In this document: one piece after another, positions 31,040-45,444 of the stretch | Position numbering within the stretch: position 1 is the first letter of the stretch | Layout: the number at the start of each line of letters is the position of its first letter | Assembly (NCBI GenBank): GCA_012295275.1 | Contig: CM022667.1 | Coordinates: forward strand, 744,001-808,000 | DNA from: Chrysomallon squamiferum | Lineage: Eukaryota > Animalia > Mollusca | Direction: 5' to 3' | DNA length: 64,000 bases | Translations under genes and position numbers: made by a program | Notes under the pieces: model-generated | Told to the model about the DNA's origin: nothing | The model's input: the letters and a program-made list of their open reading frames with translations, nothing else | Database searches by the model: none

Positions 31040-31420
31040 CAGTAGTGATTCTCTGATATCCCGAAACTAGTTTTGATTTTTTTTAATATCCTTAAGTAAT
31101 GCTAGTCTCTCATCCTTATTTTTATTGTGATATATCCTGAAACTAGTTTTGATTTGGTTATATCCTGAAACCAGTTTTGATTTTTTTTATATCCTTAAGT
31201 AATACTAGTCTCATCCTTATTCTTATTTTGATATATCCTGAAACTAGTTTCAATTCTTTTATATCCTTATGGTAATACTAGTCTCATCCTAGTTTTTCTT
31301 CTGTTATATCCTGAAATTATTTTTGAATCTGTTATTCCAGAAACTAGTTTAGTTTTGATTTGGCTACATCCTGAAACTAGTTTTGATTCTTTTATTTCTT
31401 TACAGTAATCATAGTTTGTA
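31040..31420. repeat. Degenerate tandem repeat
   Basis: Recurrent atatcctgaaactagtttt and atactagtctcatcct. Confidence 0.8.
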
Positions 31421-32359
31421 TTTTGTTATTACTCTGATAACAAATTGCAGTTTGGCATATTTGTAATAGCCTGCTAGCAATACTGGTCTTAAGCTTGTTT
31501 CTATTTTATCATATCATGATACATAGCTTGATCCTTCTGATATCTGCAACACACAGATACTAGTTCTGATACAAATATTATGATATCACTAAAAAAAAAA
31601 AAAAAGAAGAAAAAAAGATACTAGATTCAATTTAACTGTATCCTGTTACTGGCTCTGATCAAACTGTATTTCATCTAATCCTCAAATGGATGATAATGTA
31701 AAAAAATAAATGTAAATTCTGAAGAAAAAAAAATAAAAGAAAAAAGTACGTTAATCTAAGAGAAATTGGCAGGGAAAAAAATACGAATAAAAAAATATTA
31801 TATATCAGCCAAAAAAATAAATAACAGGTTAGGCTAAGAAAGAATGAAAATGGACAGTGAAGAAAAATGTCATAGAACAGAATGAAAGTGGTAAAGAGAG
31901 AAAAATTTGTTGGATGTGTTGATATCATTATTTCATCAATGTCTTTTTACTGGATGCCTTTTAGTTATTTTGACATTTAGCTACAAAGATAAATCAGACC
32001 TACATCACGATATACCTTTACACCATGATCACCTACATGATTGCAAGCAATGAGGTCCTTTTATTTATTTTATTTTTTTTTTTTTTTTTTTTTTTTTCTT
32101 TCTTTCTCTTTTTTTTGTTTTTCCATTTTGTTTCAAGAGAAATTTACCACAGCCTGGCACTGCAGGAATGAATATATGAACATGTCGTAATCTGTTCCAC
32201 AGCTGCTTGATATTCCAGTGATCTGAGGTAAAAAGAAGAGTTAATATCACTTGTTATTCACTGGCAGCCATGCAATAAGCACATGGTCCTATCATATTCT
32301 CAGCATATTGATTATCCATTATTCAGAATAACTGACTGCAACACAGCTAGAAGTAGAAT

Positions 32360-32395
<36 letters not shown>

Positions 32396-34593
32396 GTTCT
32401 GGGTTGGGTTTTTATTGTTTTTTTTTTTTTTTATAGATTTTTTTTTTTATATATCTTACATTCTGTTTTTTTATGTTCCCTATTTAACATGTTTCTGATG
32501 CATTTATTTGTCAATATGCTTCTTATGTTTCTTTAATGTGTGTGTGTGTGTGTGCATGTGTGTGTTTTTGACAAATGTGATAAGTCATCAAGTACCTTAT
32601 CCATTTTCTTAATCAGCATATTTTTCTTATTCTGTTGGCAGTGTGATCTTATATATTCCTTAGTTGACATTTTTCTTAAATATCCTTAACACATTTTTAA
32701 TCAAAACATTTAGTTCATTCCTTAGTAAAAAATAAATTCTTAAATATTCCTTAACACATTTTTAATCAAAATGTTTAGTTCATTCCTTAGTCAAAATGTT
32801 TTGCAGATTCCTGCATCAAATGATTCTTAAAAATTACTCATGATGTTTGGTTTAGTGTTTCTTAAACTATTTCCATAGCATTCACCCTAAAGTCTTTATC
32901 TCTAAATTTCATTCATCCTTGACTAAACTTCCTTATATTTTTGATAATTTTTCGTCTGTGTGGTTCATTCAGCCCCAGATATTTTCATTCATCTTTGGGT
33001 GAGTAATTATTAGTCTATGAAATACCAAAACATTCTTTGGTCAGTGTGATGTTTCATACATTCCATAATAAATATGACTTTTCATATTCCAGTTTGAATG
33101 AAGATACATTTTCCATTGAATATCTGTCTGTCTGTCTAGCTGTTTGTCTCTGTGTCTGTCTATCTGTTTATCTATATATCTATCTGTATGTCTATCTTTC
33201 TGTGTATATCTATCTGTTTATCTGTCTGTCTGTCTATCTGTCTATCTATTTATTTGTACACATGCACAAATTAAAACCAAAGAAAAAGCAAATACAGACA
33301 GTTTAAAAAAAAAAAAAAATTTAAATAAAAGTTTTGGGACCTGAAAAATTTTAAAACAAAAGTATATAAAAAAAAAAAAATGAAATGAGGATGATTAAGT
33401 TAATAGAGATTTGTTTACAAACACAGAATGAGGTTAACAGGTTAGAGAAAATGGGTGTTTTAAAGTATCAAGGTTAATGATGTTAACAAAAACTCAGCTT
33501 TGTGAAAGTATTTACACACATTCTTCTTCTTGTCAGTGAGTAATGGCTTCAGAATTGTTCTGTATGGAACAAACTTAACTGTTGTTTTGGGTTTTTTTTT
33601 TAAATTTAAGACCGCTTTTTTTTTGTTAAATTTTTCTGAATGCTTAAAGCATGATGATTTTTATCTAGTTTTTGGTGTCTCTGAAAAATTCTTGCTTGGA
33701 AAAAAAAAATTATATCAAAAACATAATATATTAAATAATATTTTGTTAATTTTTGTTATTTACTATTTATCAGTCTGTGTTTTTTATTTGACAATTTTAC
33801 GTGTTTTGTTTTATTATATTTTTACAAAGTTGTAGCTAAAAAAGTCTAAAAAGTTAAGGTAACATTTATAACAACAACAAGCAACAAAAAAATTAAAAAT
33901 TAAAAATTAAAAAAATGAAATAAACAGAAACAAAAGAATCTTTTAAAATTAGTTTGCTGTTATGAAATAAAGTTTTAAAATTATCTTTATGTTATAGAAA
34001 ATTATACTGATAACTGACTGTTACATGTTACTAAGGAAGAATGTTAAAAACACTGAATGTTTAAAAACAAATGTTGATTACAGAAGAATTTTAGACACAA
34101 AATACTTTAGAATCATTTTTTAAAACTACAAAATTCATTTTAACAATTATGGAATATTTCAAAAACATGCTCATTAGGCCATGTGTTAAGGACATATGAC
34201 TGAAATACATTTAAAGGATTATGCACCAAAAATGATTCATTTATGAAGTATCAGGAAAAATATTGACATTTTAAGAAGAGCATTTGAAGAAGTTTTTCAA
34301 AAATCATCAGCATTTATGAAAAGTAAAAAAAATTTGGCATTTTAAGAAGTGTTTCAAATATCACTTTTATTTTTGAAGTGTTAAGCAAATTAAAAAAAAA
34401 AAAAGAAGAGAGAAAATAAGAAGTGTTCCAAATTCACCTTCATTTAAGAAGTGTCACCAATGAAATTGACATTTTTCCAAGTGTTCCAAAAATAAGCTTT
34501 ATGTATGAAATGTCACCAAAAAAAAAAAAAAGAAAGAAAAAAGAGTATTTTAAGAAGTGTTTCAAAAGTCATCATCTTTACTTATGAAGTGCA

Positions 34594-34624
<31 letters not shown>

Positions 34625-36732
34625 GCATTTTAAGAAGTTTCACTTTTATTTATTAAGTTTCAGCCAAAACACCTGCATTTTAAAAAAGTGTTAACACAAA
34701 AAAAAAAAAATTCCTTTTATTTATTAAGTGCCAGAAAAAAAATAAAAAAAAAATGGAGATTTAATATTTATGAAGTGTCAGCAACATGTTAATTTGGAAA
34801 CACAGCAGTAACCCTGTAACACATCCAGTGAGAAAAACGTGGCAGTCATGATAATCAGACGTCTGCCAAACGATATTTCTCACTGAAACACGTGATGCAG
34901 GATGAATAACAAGCAACCATAACGAAGACATAAAATAAATTAATGTGCAGGCACACAGAATATACAAACACACAACACACACACACACATGAAGTGACCT
35001 CAAGCCATTAAATGTATCATCATCTGGTTCTGATTTTTCCTTTCATTCAGAACGACTTCAGCTACGGCTGTGACTTCGGCATGCCAGACGATGATGTTGG
35101 GCAGATGTTTCAGCAGGGTCTCTCTCTCTCTCTGTTGTGTCTGCCTTGGTGGTCCAGGCCTGTGTAAACTTTTTAAACTGTTTTCATTCCACACACAGAA
35201 ACACAAACAGACACACAAACACACATCAGATGATTGCTCTGTCACTCTGCTGTTTTTAATAAATTTATTTTCTGTCGTTGTTTTAGTAAGCTTGTCACAT
35301 GCGCTTGTTTGCACATAGTTTCTACTGATGTATGGATTGATGTGCATTATTATTAGTGTTGTTGTTGTTGTTGTTGTTATTTTCATCATAATTATCATGA
35401 TTTTTTTTCTTCATTAATACAGTTATTACTATTATTATTACTTCTAGTATTATTATTGTTATTATCATCATCATCATTTATTATTATTATTATTATATGA
35501 TGATGATAAAGTTATTAATTCAAAAAGTCTTTTTAAACAATAAGTATAATGGCATAAAATAAATAAACAAATAAATAAATAAATGAACAAATAAATAAAT
35601 GAATAAATGACCAAATAAATAAATAAACAAATACAAAAAAAAATAAAATAAAAAAAAATTTAATTAAAAATTAATTAAAAACGAGAGAAAGAAATCTGAC
35701 TTGTATTATTTTTGGTTGTTTTAGTTTCATATTAAAAAAAAAAAAAAGTTTTAATATATATATTTTTTTAACAGGAACAATAACAGAGAAAATTGGCAAA
35801 ATTTAACAAATTCCGTCATTGTTAAGACACTGGCAGGATTGCTAAACAGAAAAACAGCTGTGATATAACTTAGTTTAATTCCACCGCCTCCCCAAGTCAT
35901 TGTGTGTGATACTTCTAATATTACACACTCTGTACTCTCTGGCCAGATATAAACAAACTGATATATATCTTGTCTTACTACATTAATGTAGCTTTAAAAT
36001 CACAACTCAAAAAACTTATCAGTTATTAAGATTTTAATTTTTTTAATTTTAAAATTTATTTTTTTATTTATATTATGTATGTAAAGGATTTTTGAGGGTT
36101 TTTTTTCAAGTGTGATTTTTGTGTATACATGTATTTTTTTATGTATTTGTTTCTTTGTGTATGTATGTGTGTTTGTTTTATACGGTGAATTTGTAATATT
36201 GTTTTTAATGCATGATTCTTATATATTATTAGTGTGATTATGTGTATAATATGTATTATGATTATATATATATATATATATCTGTGTGTCTGTGTGTGTG
36301 TGGTTCACAAAATAATTTTTCATTATTGTGAAACTAAAAACTGAACTCTACAAGTCTGTTAACAGAAGATTTAGAGATGAAAAGTAATTTTTTTTATTAA
36401 CCGGTGTTCATTCTGTTTACACTGGGTTTCCTGTAATCGCTGTTTGTTTGTTCTACTTGATTACAAATGTAAAACAAATATACTTTATTGTTTTAACCTA
36501 CAAGAGAGTCATTGTATTATGTTACATGTTTCTAAAACAGGAAAGATAATCACACTGTAATACAATGTCAATAATGTTGCTATTTTATTTTTTTTTTTTA
36601 TTGTGCAAATTAAAACTTACTGATATATTATATTAAATTACAGATACACATATACAGATATATTTATAGCCACAAATTTTAAATTTATAACAATAATTAA
36701 TGATAATAAAAATAATTATAATAATTATGATG

Positions 36733-36797
<65 letters not shown>

Positions 36798-37244
36798 TCC
36801 CATAAATGCATTTTATGAGCTTGAAGTGGTAGGTTCTGTGATCAATTTTTGGCACCTACTCCATGAAGAGCAAGCCAAATGTTGTGACATGGTTACCATT
36901 TGATACAGTTAATATCTCACATCATGTAGCACATTAAATAAGCCATATCTTACTTCTGATTAATCTCTTAGATACATGTTTAATGTAGTCATGGCTTTAA
37001 AAATTTAATCTCTAAAAATTTTATTTATATATATATATATATGTATGTATGTGTGTGTGTGTGTTATTGGAGATTTTATGTATATATGTGTTTATGTGTG
37101 TGAAAATATTTGTGCATAAATACTTGATATTACATACACATGCATTATGCATGAATGTTTCACTTTTGGATGTTTTAATTGTATATGTTATGTGTTTTGT
37201 ATGTGTATGTATGTATGTATGTCTATATGAATGAATGAATTTAT

Positions 37245-37283
<39 letters not shown>

Positions 37284-38447
37284 TATGTGTATATGTATAT
37301 GTATGTATGTATGTAAATATAAACATATTTTAAAGTGTGTGTCTGAGTATATAACTGTATGTATGTATATATGTATATCAGTTGATATGCACATATGTAT
37401 TTATATATATTAAGCAGGGGTAAAAAAAAAAAAATAAGAAGACTTGTAATATATTTAGCTGGATCTAATATCCTTTCTGTCAACTCAATCTGAGTGTGAT
37501 TTTAACACAAACCAGCACTGATACAAATAATCTGCATGACCGTTTTGAACACATTTCAATTCCAAGCCCTGCAAACGTACACCACAATTTGCACACATGC
37601 TATCATTCAATGCAGAGGCATATCATATACACCATTAACCAATTATCAGCTTTTTCCCGTAGATAAAACAAATATTATTTACTTTGGCTGTTTTACTTAA
37701 CCAACGCTGTACGAGAGATATTTTCCTTTTCACAACATTTTCACAACATTCAGCCAGTCCTTGCCCATTTCCCTTGATGAAGATTTTATTGTTTTCTCAT
37801 GTCCAGACCAAGTCAGATGTTTTATTGCCAGGAGTTCAATGTCTCTTGAGTGCTGCTGATTCCATGGTTCGGGTTTCAGCCACAAGTTTCTTTAATGTTC
37901 GAACCGGTTGGCAAAAATTGATTTTTCTCTCTCCCCCCCTCCCCTACCTTCCCCTCTCCTCTCCATCCTCTCTCTCTCTCTCTCACTCTCTTGTGGCTGG
38001 ATATGTAAATATTCCCGTTTCTCTAGTAATGGTTCTCTGGGATGTTTACATTGAGTAAAAAATCCATTATGTTGCGTTGAGTTTTATTTGGGGTATGAGT
38101 TACATAATGGTTCTGCATCGAAGGATGTAATTAAGGTCATTTTTTTTTTCTTTTTTCTTTTTTTTTTTGGTCTGTGTTCGGTTTAGGATAATAATAGATT
38201 TGTGTTTAAAGCTAGTCATTTTGAAATGAGACATTTTTGATTTTTTCGTTTGTTCCATTTCTAATGATATTATTGATTGCCAGAAAAGAAGAAAAGAAAG
38301 TATGTTATTTTCTAAGGACTGCTGACTACTGTTATTAAAGTTAATTGTCTGAAAACCACTGAGTACTGTTATCAGTTTAAATCTGGAACAAACGATCCAT
38401 TGCTTCTAATTGAAAAGTCTAGCCCATAGCCTAATTGAAGCAAGACT

Positions 38448-38522
<75 letters not shown>

Positions 38523-38904
38523 TATGATACCATATAGCTGCTGTTTTATGAATGAATAAAATATTTCTCTCTTCAGTTTTAATACCATAGATTTCAACTG
38601 TACAGAGCATATAAATTATTTACAGTTTCCTCTAAAAATGGCTATACAGAAATTTCTCATAACAATGATATTTTATTGTTATTTTTGTCATAAATAAAAT
38701 GTCTTGCAAACAACAAAAAACTAAAAAACTTTGAAATATAAATATTTTATTGGACCCATTTATTCACACCTCCACAAATACAGTTGAATCATTACGTTTG
38801 TGGGATTTATTAATTCTTTCACACATCTTTACGTATATTATGAGTGATATATTTATTAACTCGTTACCTTTTAATTAATTATTTTGTATTTTTTCTAACT
38901 GCAG

Positions 38905-39033
38905 GTCTGTATTCTGGGCTGACCAGGGGACAAAGAAAATAGAGAGGGCAGGTTTGGATGGAAGCAACAGAGTAACATTTGTCGACAAACATCTTCACTG
39001 GCCTAATCAGCTGGCTATCAGTTATTCAACCAG
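38905..39033 (+). CDS. Exon 3: YWTD propeller 1 blade (VFWAD)
   Basis: ctaactgcag|G...ACCAG|gtgtgg; GSVFWADQGTKKIERAGLDGSNRVTFVDKHLHWPNQLAISYST; phase 2->2, continues exon 2. Not in the ORF track. Confidence 0.92.
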
Positions 39034-39049
39034 GTGTGGTTTTTTTTAC

Positions 39050-39420
39050 CTGTAATATCTTGTATATCTAATTAAATTATATATTAATATAGATGTTTTA
39101 AATTTAATTTCCCTGTAATTCTTTATATACTAATTAAATTATATATTAATACAGACGTTTTTAATATAGTTTCCCTGTAATTCCTTATATACTAATTAAA
39201 ATATATATTAATATAGATGTTTTGTATATAGATTCCCTGTAATTCCTTATATACTAATTAAATTATATATTAATACAGACATTTTAAATTTAGTTTCCCT
39301 GTAATTCCTTATATACTAATTAAATTATATATTAATATAGACATTTTGTATATAGTTTCCATGTAATTCCTCATATACTAATTAAATTATATATTAATAT
39401 AGACATTTTAAATATAGTTT
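39050..39420. repeat. Minisatellite, 62-bp unit, ~6 copies
   Basis: ccctgtaattccttatatactaattaaattatatattaata repeated directly after the exon 3 donor. Confidence 0.93.
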
Positions 39421-39742
39421 AGATACGTGAGTAAAATATTTTGTTTATGTATGTATGGCTGTGAAGGAAAATGGAATTTTGGAACCAGGATTGTGTTAAG
39501 ATTCATCAGGATGAGTTGTGATGAAGGATGAGCAGAAGCTTATAAGCTGAGGGTTTTCATTACTGTGTATTTCTTCACCGATCTGAAGATACAGTGTTTT
39601 TGAGTATCTCAGTGTGCTCATTTTCAGAGGAGTACTTACTTCAGTCTGAAATGATGATAAATCATTTCCATTCACACTATTTCTGTGCTGAAGAAATTTC
39701 TCTGTTTCCTTAGTAAGACAGAAAAGTAGAGGTTGCCCATCC

Positions 39743-39942
39743 NNNNNNNNNNNNNNNNNNNNNNNNNNNNNNNNNNNNNNNNNNNNNNNNNNNNNNNNNN
39801 NNNNNNNNNNNNNNNNNNNNNNNNNNNNNNNNNNNNNNNNNNNNNNNNNNNNNNNNNNNNNNNNNNNNNNNNNNNNNNNNNNNNNNNNNNNNNNNNNNNN
39901 NNNNNNNNNNNNNNNNNNNNNNNNNNNNNNNNNNNNNNNNNN
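39743..39942. other. Assembly gap (200 N)
   Basis: Run of exactly 200 N, which suggests a fixed-length placeholder gap. Confidence 0.99.
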
Positions 39943-40475
39943 GTTTACTCACCTTAACGTGCATAAACAAGGGACACACATACATCTATACAAAATATAC
40001 ATCTATACACACATACTTATATAGAAACACACCTACATGCATTTAAACATACACAAGTATGCGCACACACATACACATACAGACACAGTGCACAAATATA
40101 TACAAACACACCCATACATCCACTTTTTATACATATATATACATATTAATATATATATACACATGTGTGTACATATATACATACATACATACTTACATAT
40201 ATATATATATAGACACACACAAACATACTTACATTCATACATGTATTCAAACACATGTGAGAACACAAAACACACACACACAAACACAAACATACTTACA
40301 TTCATACATGTATTCAAACACATGTGAGAACACAAACACACACACACAGACAAACACAAACATACTTATATTCATACATGCTTTCAAACACAAACACACA
40401 CACACACAAACATACTCACACACCTAATACAATCAGTTATAAACCAGCAATATTAAGTTTTTACTTTGATGTGTG

Positions 40476-40537
<62 letters not shown>

Positions 40538-40602
40538 CATACATACAGACCTAATACAATCAAGTATAAACCAGCAATATAAAGTTTTTACTTTGGTTTC
40601 AG

Positions 40603-40737
40603 GTTCACACCCGTGTGGCAAAGAGGACCGTGGTGGGTGTTCTCACCTGTGCCTACCTACACGAGGTAACATCTACAGGTGTGCCTGTCCTTCCTTTGGT
40701 GGCCTTGCTCTTAGTTTTAATGCAAAAAGCTGTGAAG
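40603..40737 (+). CDS. Exon 4: EGF-like domain closing propeller 1
   Basis: tttcag|GT...GAAG|gtaaat; SHPCGKEDRGGCSHLCLPTRGNIYRCACPSFGGLALSFNAKSCE; phase 1->1. Confidence 0.94.
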
Positions 40738-41729
40738 GTAAATAATATCATATATAGTCAAATACTGTTTTAATAAATAATAATAGTGTTTGAGAATTGT
40801 TTAGTACCAAATATGTGATGTAAGTATATTAATATAGTTAATTACATATTGTAACACATGTAATTACACATTGTTCTAATAAGTAATAATGTGTTTGAGA
40901 ATTGTTTAGTACAAAATATGTGATGTAAGTGTACTAATATAGTTAATTACACATTGTTCTAATAAGTAATAATGTATTTAAGGATTGTTTATTACAAAAT
41001 CTGTGACGTAAGTATACTAATATAGTTAATTACATATTGTAACATGTAATTACACATTGTTCTAATAAATAATAATGTGTTTAAGGAGTAATTTGGTTCA
41101 AAATATATGATCTGAGTATGGCGATATAGTTACATATTGTTTTAATAAATAATAATGTGTTTGAGAAATCTTTAGTGCAGAATTTGCGACCTAAGAATTG
41201 TAATATGTCAACATATTGTTTTAATAAGCATCTTATAGAAACATTTAGAAACAGTTTAGTGGTGAAAGTTATGAAGTACATGTGATAACCGTTAAATTCT
41301 AGAAACATTTAGAAACCTGTTAATTCTGATTTAAGAATAATTTAAGATTATATATGCTACTTAGTTCATAAATGCTTTAGTAAGTTGTAATATGTTTAAT
41401 CAGAATTACCTGTATGTTTTAATTATGAAAACATTCAACAGAAATGATAAATCTAATTGAAGGATCTAATAAATAATGGCCAAGTAATGCAAAAAATATT
41501 TCAAAAGATGTACACATACACATACAATTAAAAAGCAGCCTGATAAATAAATCAACTGAAATCTACTAGTAGTTAAGTAATCTTCTTAATATACATATAT
41601 TAAATATATATATATATATGTTTTTATATATTTTTTATATATATTAAATGTATATATATGTTTTTATATATTTTTTACATATATTAAATGTGTATGTATG
41701 TTTTTATATATATTTTGTTATATTCACAG

Positions 41730-41872
41730 TGCCCAGTGAACTGTTGTTTTTCACTCTGCGAGACTCAGGAGATGTAGGTTTTATTTCACTGACTGGTGCT
41801 CAGTCTCCCGACCTCACCCTGGCGGGGCGCAGCTCCAGCCCCAGTGCTGTGACCTATGACCCCATAGAACAG
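41730..41872 (+). CDS. Exon 5: start of YWTD propeller 2
   Basis: cacag|TG...CAG|gtaaaa; VPSELLFFTLRDSGDVGFISL...PSAVTYDPIEQ; phase 1->0. Confidence 0.92.
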
Positions 41873-42527
41873 GTAAAATTCGCTTGAAGATGATAACAGT
41901 GACCTCATCATTATAATATCAAACGTTATTAATTCTGAACAAATATGTTAAAAGGGAGAATGTCTTAGTAATGCTCTGTTTTAGATAAATAATGAAGAAT
42001 AAGACGAATTAATTTTTTTTAAGAACAGAGATCTAGAAGGATAAATATATGCAACAGTAGACAAAGATTTAGGTTGTTGTTTGTTGAGAATGAAATGCTA
42101 TATGAATACATACATATAAAGTGAGATAAAGATTGAGAGAATGAATTTATAAATATTCAACAACTCTTCAATACAAATACTAAATTAGCAATCTGGTTTT
42201 TAAAAATGTAAAATAAAGATCGAGAGAATGAATTTATAAATATTCAACAACTCTTCAATACAACTATTAAATCAGCAGTCAGACATCAACAAAAGATTTT
42301 TAAAAAAATGTAAAATAAAGATTGAGAGAGGTGGATGTACAGATAATTTCTATTCTCAGAGTTTACATTTTCATTTAAATTTTATTAATATTTTTTAATA
42401 ATATATTTAATGTCCAATAACAATTAATTGTATTTCTAAGATGTAAAGATCTCATTAAACAACTATCTGTTTACTGATTTGTTTAATACTGCTTATGCTG
42501 ACTGTTTTAAATTAATTGTGTTTGCAG

Positions 42528-42636
42528 ATTGTGTATTGGAGTGATGTAGAAGAAAATGCAATCTATCGAGCTAATCTGGATGGGTCAGAGAGAGAAATCT
42601 TTTTAAACTGTACACATGGAATTGGCATTGTTGATG
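42528..42636 (+). CDS. Exon 6: propeller 2 (VYWSD)
   Basis: ttgcag|ATT...GATG|gtatga; IVYWSDVEENAIYRANLDGSEREIFLNCTHGIGIVD; phase 0->1. Confidence 0.94.
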
Positions 42637-43349
42637 GTATGATATCATCATCGTCATCATCATCATTATTATTATTACAATTGTTATTATTATTGTTATT
42701 ATTATCTAAAAGTTTTAGTGTAGTGCTTGTTTTATTTATATCTACAGATTTTTGTTTTATACAGTATGCTCCATTATCTTATATTTTCTTCTTGTAGACA
42801 TTTTATATTATATTGTCCATTTTCTTGACATTCTGTTGATGGTGATTTTATTTTTTTTGTTTCTTGTTTGTCTTGAAATATTCTTTCACTAACTGTAAGA
42901 TGTTCATAACTATTTATATACACTTAATACAAGTTCATTATCATTTAAAAATATTCAGTAATATTTCTATAAAAATTTACAGTTTTAATCCAGTTAGTGA
43001 CAAAATTTAAAAGTATAATTCTGATTCACAGTTTGAAAACTTTGCTATTTTTAGAGATTTGTATTCAATACTTATAACACCATGTAATGGTAATTATGAA
43101 AATTATTGAAATATGATATTAGAAACATTGTATAAAATATTTAGAAACACTGCAAAAAAAAAAAAAATAATAATAATAAATAAATAATAATAAAAATAAA
43201 TATTCAGAAAATAAAACACTGTATCACTGCTTACAAAAATCCTAACAATGTATCAATATTTTAAAACTCTGTGTAACTTTGTAATTTCATGAAAACCTTT
43301 TTTTTCTCTGTATACATTTTTTTCTTTTCTTTCCTATTCTGTTCCCTAG

Positions 43350-43536
43350 GCTTAGCAGTGGACTGGGTTGCTAGGCGACTGTATTTTACCAACATGGGAC
43401 AGTCAGCCCCGTCAGCTGATGGAGCAGTCTACTCCTGGCATCGTATTGAAGTAATCAGTTTTGATGGTAAGATGAGAAAAACTGTCATCAATGAAATTGA
43501 GCGACCTCGTGGCCTTGACCTTGACATTAGGAATGG
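43350..43536 (+). CDS. Exon 7: propeller 2 (LYFTN)
   Basis: ccctag|GC...AATGG|gtaaga; GLAVDWVARRLYFTNMG...ERPRGLDLDIRN; phase 1->2. Confidence 0.94.
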
Positions 43537-43580
43537 GTAAGAGATACAACTTCTTCTTTTTTTTAATATTAAATATTGAT

Positions 43581-43619
<39 letters not shown>

Positions 43620-43908
43620 TTTTGTGTACAAATTATATATATATTATATATATAGTTCCAAATTTCTTAATGATCAATCTTTGTTAATAATAAAGTATGA
43701 CAATTAAAAATTATAAGATAAAAAAATTAAAGTAAATGGAGCCAGTCTTCTTTTTTTCCACGCTATCATTTTAACTGGGAGATATTAAATATTCCTAACA
43801 GACTGAGTAAATCAATGAAAAGTTGCTATATCCTCAGTCTGTTAAGTATTTATTTTATTTTTCTTTACATAATGATATATATATATTTATAGTAACAAAT
43901 GTACACAT

Positions 43909-44019
<111 letters not shown>

Positions 44020-44120
44020 GAGAGAAAAACCTTTGCAGCCATCCTCAAATATACATATCATAAAAGGTATACTTTATTTTACAATAAATATAACCTTGAC
44101 CTTTACATTTTTTTCCACAG

Positions 44121-44361
44121 ATTTTTGTTTTATGGAGACTGGGGCAGACAGCCAAAGATTGTTCAGACTCTACTGGATGGATCAGAGGAAACAGTCATTC
44201 TCAGTTCTGGATTAAGCAATCCAAATGGATTAACATTCTACAATGGCCGACTGTATGTTGCAGACTCAAACTACAACAACCTGACGTCATCACCTCACCT
44301 CATGGTGTACGATGTCGCAAAGTCCAGCTGGGAACAGCTTAAACTCAGTGCTAATGTGTCG
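44121..44361 (+). CDS. Exon 8: propeller 2 (LFYGDW, LYVAD)
   Basis: ccacag|A...TCG|gtaagt; FLFYGDWGRQPKIVQTLLDG...LSNPNGLTFYNGRLYVADS...; phase 2->0. Confidence 0.94.
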
Positions 44362-44688
44362 GTAAGTGCTGCCCTGCAAAAACTGTAATATTGTTAAACT
44401 TTCATAATAAACTCTGAATCATCTTAAAGCATTGGTACACTGGTATGTACTAGTTTGTTACAGAGATATAAGGACATTTTTGATAAATATTTGGTAAGTA
44501 CTGCTCTGCAGTTCAGTAGAATCTTGTTAAAATTGTTATATTGTCTTATAGATAGATATTGGTTGTAGTTATGAATGTGTTGAGAAAACAGCCAATAGTG
44601 TAATTTCATATCAAAAATTGTTATATACAGGTGCAGTTTAAACTCATTGCTATTTGATTATGCTATACTTTTTATTTTTTACTTTAGA

Positions 44689-44729
<41 letters not shown>

Positions 44730-44791
44730 AATTTATAAAGTTTTTTATTTTTACTCTAAAACAGTGTATTGTCTTCATTTTTAATTTTTAA

Positions 44792-44833
<42 letters not shown>

Positions 44834-44835
44834 AG

Positions 44836-45016
44836 TTACCAATGGGTCTTGCAGTGAGAGGTGACACACTTTACTACACAGACTGGGTATCAGCATCGGG
44901 GCCCAGACAGGGATACCTCAAATCCTATGACCTTCGATTTGGAGTGGATAACAATGTCATTCTGAATGGCCAGAGACCCACAGGCTTATTCTACACCCCC
45001 CTGGCCAGGAGACAAG
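44836..45016 (+). CDS. Exon 9: propeller 2 (LYYTDW)
   Basis: tacag|TTA...CAAG|gtactg; LPMGLAVRGDTLYYTDWVSAS...RPTGLFYTPLARRQ; phase 0->1. Confidence 0.93.
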
Positions 45017-45444
45017 GTACTGGAATAAATTAATCATGATAAACTTGGTGTCACAGCAGATAATGAAATATTATAATGAAATGTGAGAATGTTATGATAG
45101 AAAGCTGTTTATAATATTGTTAAAGAAAAAATCTTATGGAACCACATCACTGTTGGTTATTTTTGCTCATTGAAATGAGGGATCTTTTAAATATGAGATT
45201 GTTATTCTACTCCTATTGATTGCATGACCTTTTATTTTATTTATTATTATTATTATTTTTTATATATTAAATTTTTTTTTTTAAATTTAAAAATTACTAT
45301 ATATTACAAAGTTTTTTATTAGTTAGTATGCCTTGTAAAATAATTTTATCTATTTTATTATCATTAATATTTATTAAAATATTATTATTATTATTATTAT
45401 TATTATTGTTATTGTTATTATTATTATTACAGTTATTATTATTA

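Noticed and set aside
37684-38058. 124-aa plus-strand ORF upstream of exon 3
   Set aside because: It shows no domain similarity, runs through a CT-rich tract and lacks convincing exon boundaries compatible with the host gene.
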